Positions 28,823 through 34,718 of a DNA stretch of 34,718 nt are shown piece after piece. Source of the DNA: a virus (taxonomy: Duplodnaviria > Caudoviricetes). Location: IMG/VR virus record IMGVR_UViG_3300042564_003748, positions 1 through 34,718 of that record; one strand, 5' to 3'. Position 1 is the first letter of the stretch, and every line of letters begins with the position of its first letter. The notes under the pieces were generated by a model, which worked only from the letters and a program-made list of their open reading frames with translations, had not been told where the DNA came from and ran no database searches. The position numbers and the translations under genes are program-made.

Positions 28823-30313
28823 ATGAAAGCAACAATAATAGGTAGTGACTTACTTCAATCGAATGGTTCGGTTAAATTCTTAGAAATAAACACCAACACC
28901 ACAATATATAATGAGGGGGCGGATTTATTGGATTATGATTCATTGTTCACGATGTTAAATGACAATGAAATTAATGAATTCCATTTCATTTGGACGGAGT
29001 TGGACTCATACAAACCATTAACTGAACAATTCAGATTTAAGAAAATTTTAGAAGAAAAATGTGAAGAAAATAACATTTCTTTCTCAGAATACATGGTACC
29101 TGTAAATTCGGTAACAGTACCATATATTGAGGACGCTAGTAACAAATTCATATTGAGACAATCATTTGACACTACCGCATTGGTGGACGAAACATATTGT
29201 GCGGATAAATTTGAATTTTTCTCTTTAATGAGTGGAACAACATACGTACCTAAAACATATTTTACTTCAGATTTATTAACATTAGACACGTTAGATGAAG
29301 TTGACTTTAATGTTACTGACGTTCCAAATTTATTAGTTAAGCCGAGAAATCCTGGTTACAATTCACTTACTTATCCAGCGTTATATCGAGCATCAAGTTC
29401 AGCTGAATTAGCAACATTGAAAAGTGAATTAACAACAAGTGATTTAGTTCAGGAATTCATTTTCTCAGAAGATAACCTTGTTAATGGTAGATATTCAGTT
29501 ATTAGAAGTATTGACATTATATATGGTTCTAATTTGGATATTATTCATATGGGTGGTTACACACAATCCACAATAATTCCAATATCATTCACTCAAGATG
29601 AATTTGTAAGTGGGACCAACAAGTTAAATCAAAAAAGTAGATACAAATATATAACTAAGGAATTAGGTAATTCATCTCCTATTAACTACCATACTGATGA
29701 TGATAGCGTTATTTTAAAATTAGACGGTACTTTAACTGATGTTGATACAATCGCGTTAGGTGATTATGTTCGTTCAATTGATTATACCGATTTTAACGAT
29801 AATAAAGCATCCAAATTCGATGAAAAAATCTTCACATTTGGTTGGGACAGTAATTTAGTTAACGATAACGAAACATTAATTCAAACTGGAACTAGTTTAC
29901 AACATATGGTATCTGCTGCGGTTGATACGATTTATATTCGTATAACATTGTCCGATGGTAGAACGTGGACAGACTCACCGTCCGCAACATATTATATCGA
30001 AGAATCGGGATCAACATCCACAAGATTCGAAAAGGTTAATAAAATGTACGTTGGTGATAAGTTAGTAATTACCGATGCTTCAACCAATCAACTTACTACA
30101 GTTGAAATAACTGGTTTGGAGATGGAACACGCACAAAAAACCATTTATAGCTTAGATTTTGAACCATCCGATTTATTTTTAGTGGATATTGGTGATGGGG
30201 ATTTCAGTGTGATGCACAACTCATGTTGGTGTCCTTGGAACTATTGTGGTCACTGGTGTAATAGTAACTATTGTCCATCATGTAATGGAGGTGGTTTTGA
30301 AAGTAAACTTTAA
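28823..30313 (+). CDS. Circularly permuted ATP-grasp domain + Hint (intein-like) domain + C-terminal Cys/Trp-rich peptide
   Basis: ATP-grasp-like motifs: N-terminal GSD...G.VKFLEINTN, then DK....L...VPKTY, LLVKP, LVQEFI, IR. Hint block A-like HTDDDSVILKLDG....I.LGDYV (residue 290 onward), I.I.LSDGR, block F IYSLDFE..DLFLV, block G VMHN|S (Asn466). Followed by a 30-aa tail with 6 Cys. Confidence 0.7.
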   Translation: MKATIIGSDLLQSNGSVKFLEINTNTTIYNEGADLLDYDSLFTMLNDNEINEFHFIWTELDSYKPLTEQFRFKKILEEKCEENNISFSEYMVPVNSVTVPYIEDASNKFILRQSFDTTALVDETYCADKFEFFSLMSGTTYVPKTYFTSDLLTLDTLDEVDFNVTDVPNLLVKPRNPGYNSLTYPALYRASSSAELATLKSELTTSDLVQEFIFSEDNLVNGRYSVIRSIDIIYGSNLDIIHMGGYTQSTIIPISFTQDEFVSGTNKLNQKSRYKYITKELGNSSPINYHTDDDSVILKLDGTLTDVDTIALGDYVRSIDYTDFNDNKASKFDEKIFTFGWDSNLVNDNETLIQTGTSLQHMVSAAVDTIYIRITLSDGRTWTDSPSATYYIEESGSTSTRFEKVNKMYVGDKLVITDASTNQLTTVEITGLEMEHAQKTIYSLDFEPSDLFLVDIGDGDFSVMHNSCWCPWNYCGHWCNSNYCPSCNGGGFESKL

Positions 30314-30343
30314 TAACAGAAATAATTTAAAACATATTTTAAA

Positions 30344-30484
30344 ATGGCAGTAAAAGAAAGAGTAGAAAGACCGGCACAAACAATTAAACCAATTGTCGCT
30401 CCGTTATCAAACGCGGTTAAGGAAAAAATAGCAACAGCATTTCAAGCAGTTGTTAATGAGGTTAAAACCAAACACTTGGGGTAA
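30344..30484 (+). CDS. Small hypothetical protein (46 aa)
   Basis: Translated by hand: MAVKERVERPAQTIKPIVAPLSNAVKEKIATAFQAVVNEVKTKHLG. A-rich upstream context, and its stop is 3 nt before the next ATG. Confidence 0.7.
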   Translation: MAVKERVERPAQTIKPIVAPLSNAVKEKIATAFQAVVNEVKTKHLG

Positions 30485-30487
30485 TTT

Positions 30488-31309
30488 ATGAAACTATTCA
30501 CATATGGTGATAGTTGGACCGAAGGTGCTGGTGTCGACGTTGTTAAAGAAAATTTAATCGAAACAAGAGAAGAAAGAAAAAAATTTAGAAACGATAGGTC
30601 TTGGCCGACAAAACTTTCTAAATTAATGAATCTCGAAGTTCAAAACCAAGCAATTTCAGGATCAAATAATAATTTCACGTTTAACGAGGTTATTGAAAAT
30701 ATAAAATCTAATATAATAAATCCTGGAGATTTAATAATAATAATGTGGACATCATCCTTGAGGGATGATGTTCCTTTTTTCCCCAAAAACGAATGGCACA
30801 CATGGGGGTCCAATTTCATTAAAGAAAATTATAAACAAAAATGGTTTGTCTCTAAAGATTTAACCAAAAATTCAACATATAATGATTTCTTAATTAATTA
30901 TAAGGAATTTTTTATTGGTGAATTATTTACTCAAGATTATTATAATATAGTAAATCAAAATTACATTTTATTTATTCAAAAATTATGTGAACACTATCAA
31001 ATAAATTATATCTTTTGTGATGCGTTTGATAAAATGATTGATGAGATTAAATCAGAAAATGATAAGACTAATTTAATAAATAAAAATCCTTATTGGGGAT
31101 TCGGTGAGAAAACATTTAAAGATTTTTTAATTTCTAAAGATAATAAAATGGTATGGGAGTTACCCCAATTAGATATTTCTAAAACTCCAGGTATGCATCC
31201 ATCCGAAATTGGGTATGAATTTATTGCTGAAGAAATTTATAGATTTATAAATTCTAATAAAAATAATATTATTAGGTACGATAATAACAAAAAAATCAAA
31301 ATTTTGTGA
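30488..31309 (+). CDS. SGNH/GDSL hydrolase-like protein
   Basis: FTYGDSWTEG, NQAISGSNN, IIMWT...R, MHPSEIGY. Ends KIKIL. Confidence 0.75.
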   Translation: MKLFTYGDSWTEGAGVDVVKENLIETREERKKFRNDRSWPTKLSKLMNLEVQNQAISGSNNNFTFNEVIENIKSNIINPGDLIIIMWTSSLRDDVPFFPKNEWHTWGSNFIKENYKQKWFVSKDLTKNSTYNDFLINYKEFFIGELFTQDYYNIVNQNYILFIQKLCEHYQINYIFCDAFDKMIDEIKSENDKTNLINKNPYWGFGEKTFKDFLISKDNKMVWELPQLDISKTPGMHPSEIGYEFIAEEIYRFINSNKNNIIRYDNNKKIKIL

Positions 31310-31875
31310 TTCAATATAGTGTAAATGGTAATTTTTTTAACAAAGACGAGATTAATGATATTTTAACCTTTTGTAAAAAAAATGGAGAATCTTTTTCTTA
31401 CAACCCAAATGAAACTTGGGACTGTAAACGAATTTACGATGAAGAATTCAAACAAAAAATATTATCTAAATTTATTGAAAACATTAAGTCTAATGATTTT
31501 GAGTTATGGTTTGATTTCGAAACCTTCGATTTAAAAAATTTCAATATAAGTTTAACGTCCTATTATGATGGTAGATACCTTAATCTACATAAAGATAAGA
31601 CAAGTGAATTGACAACCGTAATTGTACTATCTGATGATTTTGAAGGAGGTCAATTTGTATTAACTGAAGATGAGAACCCACCATATAATTTTGAAACGTT
31701 AGATGGTTTGATAATATCCGATTTAAAGTTAGGGGATAGCATTTCATTTAACGGTTCTAAAACGTTTCATGGAGTTTTACCTGTGACCGAAGGTACAAGG
31801 TACGCATTGAACATATGGATGACCGAAACTGATTTCGATTACCCAAAACTAAAAAACAATAAAACATTGTTATGA
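31306..31875 (+). CDS. 2OG-Fe(II) oxygenase
   Basis: Y..G..L.LHKD, L.DDFEGG, F.G....HGV.PV..G.RY.L..W. GTG start overlapping the upstream TGA. Ends KTLL. Confidence 0.85.
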   Translation: MIQYSVNGNFFNKDEINDILTFCKKNGESFSYNPNETWDCKRIYDEEFKQKILSKFIENIKSNDFELWFDFETFDLKNFNISLTSYYDGRYLNLHKDKTSELTTVIVLSDDFEGGQFVLTEDENPPYNFETLDGLIISDLKLGDSISFNGSKTFHGVLPVTEGTRYALNIWMTETDFDYPKLKNNKTLL

Positions 31876-32525
31876 GAATTGCTATCGTTTGTAATGGTCG
31901 AAGTGGGTCAACATCATTAACATATTTCATTAATTGTTGTTTGTTGTTTGAGAACAAAAAACATTCTTTATTTTTTGAACCTTTTAATTATAGAAATTTA
32001 GATAAGGAGAAAAAAATTAAAAGAATTGATGAGATAGTAAATAAACAAAACGTACTAGTTAAGACTTTCATTGATAGAGACAATTTTCCGCACGAGTCAT
32101 TTAAAAATATTGAGGAGTATTGGGATTGGTTTTATACCTTTTTTGATAAAGTAATCGTATTAGAAAGAGAAAACAAAAGACTCCAATCCGAGAGTTTACT
32201 GTATCATCTAAAAATATCTGAAAATCAAACAGTAACACCTCATTGGCATAAACAAAAATACTATGACTTATCTATTGTTGATGAAAACGAAATTATTGGG
32301 TTAACTAAACATTTAGAATCTGAATCTAATTTTTTAAAATCAATATCAGATATGGGTTATCCACATTATACCTATGAGAAGATATTTGTGGATAAATGCT
32401 CGGAGACTATAACCGACTTATTAAATTATTTAGGTTTATCTTTCAATCAAAATTGTGTAGATAAATGGATTAACTCACCATATAAAAAGGTGAGGTTAGA
32501 TGAAAAAACAAATAAATTATTATAA
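31872..32525 (+). CDS. Sulfotransferase-like protein (Stf0-like)
   Basis: IVCNGRSGST, EPFN, VIVLEREN..LQ.ES, YE.IF. Ends NKLL. Confidence 0.65.
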   Translation: MRIAIVCNGRSGSTSLTYFINCCLLFENKKHSLFFEPFNYRNLDKEKKIKRIDEIVNKQNVLVKTFIDRDNFPHESFKNIEEYWDWFYTFFDKVIVLERENKRLQSESLLYHLKISENQTVTPHWHKQKYYDLSIVDENEIIGLTKHLESESNFLKSISDMGYPHYTYEKIFVDKCSETITDLLNYLGLSFNQNCVDKWINSPYKKVRLDEKTNKLL

Positions 32526-33592
32526 TGGTCAACCTTAAAGAATATATATGTTCAGTACCATTTAATGGTTTAGAAATACACGATAATAGTGCGTTCATGT
32601 GTTGTGCCAGTTGGTTAACAAAACCACTACCAAAAAATGGGGCAATTAAAGATTTATGGAAATCCGAAGAGGCAAAGGAAATTAGAAAATCTGTAACAGA
32701 CGGTTCATATAGGTTTTGTGATAAGAAACTTTGCCCATACCTAAGTGAATTACAAAAGTTCAATAGAACTCAAGTAGGTCCGGTAAAACATATTAATCAA
32801 GTATCGGATGAAATTAAAAACTATATTGAAAACGGCGAGGATAGTTTTACAAGTGGACCGACGATACTTCAAATGTCATTCGATAGGACATGTAATTATA
32901 AGTGTCCGTCGTGTAGGGTAGATATGATTGTGGCTAGTAGTGATAAAATTAAAACAATTAACTTAACGATTGACGAGATTGAGGAGGCTTATTCCGATTC
33001 AATCGAAACGATTTATTGTTCGGGTACCGCGGATCCATTTGCGTCGGTATCATATAGAAACTTTCTTAGAAACTTCAACCCCAAAAAATACCCTAATTTA
33101 AAATCTATACACCTACACACCAATGCTAGTTTATGGAATAAAGAAATGTGGGATAGTATGCCCAACATACATAAATATGTTCGTAGTTGTGAGATTAGTA
33201 TTGATGCGGGAACACAAAACACTTACGAAAACGTAACGAGATTAGGAGGTAATTGGGATAATTTATTAAACAATCTTAGATTTATCTCAACAATCAAATC
33301 AATTAGAAATGTAAAATGCTCATTTGTAGTTCAACAATCAAACTATAATGAGATGAGTACATTTTTTGATTTAATACGTTCAATTTTCGGTAAAAAAACT
33401 AAAGTCTTTTACGGTAGATTGACAAATTGGGGAACATTCTCCGATGAAATGTTTAAGTTTTTAGATGTTGCCGATGAAACCCATCCCGAACATTCATTTT
33501 TCTTAGAGGAATTTAACAAAGTGGCAATAAGTCCTTTTGTCTTTCATAATTTACATGATTTTATTGAAAAAAAGGAAACTAAGTTGATTTAA
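32525..33592 (+). CDS. Radical SAM protein with N-terminal SPASM/twitch-like Cys cluster
   Basis: C..PF...CC...W......IR.....G.Y..C....CP, then CNYKCPSC (CxxxCxxC), DPF, HTNA, ISIDA, FVVQ..N..EM. Ends TKLI. Confidence 0.9.
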   Translation: MVNLKEYICSVPFNGLEIHDNSAFMCCASWLTKPLPKNGAIKDLWKSEEAKEIRKSVTDGSYRFCDKKLCPYLSELQKFNRTQVGPVKHINQVSDEIKNYIENGEDSFTSGPTILQMSFDRTCNYKCPSCRVDMIVASSDKIKTINLTIDEIEEAYSDSIETIYCSGTADPFASVSYRNFLRNFNPKKYPNLKSIHLHTNASLWNKEMWDSMPNIHKYVRSCEISIDAGTQNTYENVTRLGGNWDNLLNNLRFISTIKSIRNVKCSFVVQQSNYNEMSTFFDLIRSIFGKKTKVFYGRLTNWGTFSDEMFKFLDVADETHPEHSFFLEEFNKVAISPFVFHNLHDFIEKKETKLI

Positions 33593-33612
33593 TAGATAAA
33601 ATTACTTATATT
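33584..33612 (+). promoter_or_regulatory. Putative promoter TTGATT-N17-TATATT, 7 nt before ATG 33620 (leaderless)
   Basis: TTGATT at 33584-33589 (overlapping the last codons of the upstream gene), TATATT at 33607-33612. Confidence 0.6.
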
Positions 33613-33619
33613 TTATCTA

Positions 33620-34718
33620 ATGAAGATACTTGCTCACGCTCCGTTTATTGGTACAACAGGTTACGCAAACCACGCACGTTCATTCTTTTGTGCACTCAAC
33701 AAGTACCATACAGTAAAAGTTAGAAACCTTACCATTGGAAACAGTTGGAAGGGTATGAATAATCGTCCACATGATGGTGAATCTTATTTCACAGAAGAGA
33801 TTGGGGACATGTTGATATTACAGACATTACATAGGGCCGATGGTAATGGAAGGGTAGATGAACCTATGTACGATTACAAAGGTGATTTTGTACCCGACGT
33901 TCACATTGTTTTAATGGAAACGAATAACCATTACTTCTATGAAGATTATGATGGGTATAAAATCGCATACAACGTATGGGAATCAACAAGATACCCCGAT
34001 GAATTCTTCAATAGATTATTCTATTTTGATGAAGTATGGGTGCCGACACAATGGCAATTTGATTGTTTAGTTGAACAAGGTTATCCGAAAGAAAAGATTT
34101 TCATCGTACCTGAGGGTGTTGATGTTGATACATTTAAACCAATTAAAAAATTCCCTAAAAGAGAAAAGGTACGTTTCGTACATTTCGGTAGATGGGATTA
34201 TAGAAAAGGGACGACAGAAATATTACAAGCCTTTGCTGAAGAATTCAAAGATGTGGATGATGTGGAACTTTTGGCATCTGTTGAAAACCCATATCCATAT
34301 GATGGATTAAAGACAACTGATGAAAGAGTTAAACATTATGGTATTGACACTAAGAATATTAAATTTCTAAATTTTCCCTCAAGAGAAGAATATGTAAATT
34401 ATTTACAAACTGCACACGTATTTGTTTCGTGTGCTCGAAGTGAAGGTTGGAACTTACCTTTAATTGAAGCAATGGCTTGTGGAACACCGTCAATATATTC
34501 AAATTGGGGTGGACAATTACAATTTGCTGAAGGTAAAGGTGTGCCAGTGGCAATCAAAGGATTAAGACCTGCTAACATCGAACATAAAGAGTGGCCCGGT
34601 GAATATTGTGAACCAGATTGGGATGACTTAAAGCGTCAGATGAGACAGGCGTACGATTATAATACCGCAATGTGGGTGACAGCTGTTGGTGACGCAAAAG
34701 ATATTCACAAAAAATTTA
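33620..34718 (+). CDS. Glycosyltransferase family 4 (GT-B), 3'-truncated by window edge
   Basis: Absent from the ORF track because it has no stop in the window. Translated by hand: MKILAHAPFIGTTGYANHARSFF...VWES...DEVWVPTQW...VPEGVD..F...GRWDYRKG...RSEGWNLPLIEAMACGTP (ExxxxxxxE GT4 signature). Confidence 0.9.
   Translation, partial: MKILAHAPFIGTTGYANHARSFFCALNKYHTVKVRNLTIGNSWKGMNNRPHDGESYFTEEIGDMLILQTLHRADGNGRVDEPMYDYKGDFVPDVHIVLMETNNHYFYEDYDGYKIAYNVWESTRYPDEFFNRLFYFDEVWVPTQWQFDCLVEQGYPKEKIFIVPEGVDVDTFKPIKKFPKREKVRFVHFGRWDYRKGTTEILQAFAEEFKDVDDVELLASVENPYPYDGLKTTDERVKHYGIDTKNIKFLNFPSREEYVNYLQTAHVFVSCARSEGWNLPLIEAMACGTPSIYSNWGGQLQFAEGKGVPVAIKGLRPANIEHKEWPGEYCEPDWDDLKRQMRQAYDYNTAMWVTAVGDAKDIHKKF

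Noticed and set aside
29690-30220. Classical mobile intein
   Set aside because: No position-1 Cys/Ser, no block B His and no homing endonuclease. It does not interrupt a conserved enzyme core.
30302-30310. C-terminal SKL of the ATP-grasp-Hint protein matches peroxisomal PTS1
   Set aside because: Gene organisation and promoters are prokaryotic. It is more plausibly chance or a variant of the local C-terminal tag.
83-34553. Minus-strand and short alternative-frame ORFs in the track (for example 9441..9938, 25176..25529, 28933..29289, 34071..34310)
   Set aside because: All overlap well-supported + strand genes and show no recognisable motifs, so they are treated as shadow ORFs.
1-34718. Stop-codon reassignment as seen in some large phages
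   Set aside because: TAA, TAG (6566, 12545, 14603) and TGA (16426, 24612, 28462) all end genes at sensible boundaries, and coding density is already near complete under the standard code.
1-34718. tRNA, rRNA, CRISPR arrays, IS elements and intrinsic terminators
   Set aside because: Intergenic gaps are under 80 nt, and I saw no repeat arrays, cloverleafs, transposases or convincing GC hairpins with U-tracts.

Overview
This is an AT-rich (about 30% GC by eye), very densely packed window. All ~39 credible genes lie on the + strand, mostly coupled by overlapping or adjacent stop/start codons, with no evident Shine-Dalgarno motifs. It reads as a large tailoring and glycan-modification island of the kind seen in large aquatic phages, possibly with a Bacteroidota host. 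That origin is an inference, since no phage hallmark gene is present. The left part (1-24137) holds a radical SAM fragment, four paralogous glycosyltransferase-like domains, five SGNH-like domains and NDP-sugar enzymes (UDP-Glc/GDP-Man dehydrogenase, ColD-like dehydratase, GMD, two reductase/epimerases). It also holds a split TPP enzyme, a carbamoyltransferase, GT25 and DxD-type transferases. The right part (24139-34718) holds a putative PAPS module, a flavin halogenase, three 2OG-Fe(II) oxygenases, two sulfotransferase-like proteins, an SGNH protein, a radical SAM enzyme and a GT4. The most interesting gene is 28823-30313. It appears to fuse a circularly permuted ATP-grasp ligase to a Hint domain able to cleave only at its C-terminus, followed by a 30-aa Cys/Trp-rich peptide (SCWCPWNYCGHWCNSNYCPSCNGGGFESKL). 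All nine unrelated proteins flanking it end in the same basic-[S/T/K]-[L/I]-[L/I]-COOH tail. Together these suggest a self-processing, RiPP-like precursor with tag-recruited tailoring enzymes. A repeated TTG-N20-TATATT promoter, three copies apparently leaderless, marks module boundaries. All family calls come from motif recognition, not database searches.
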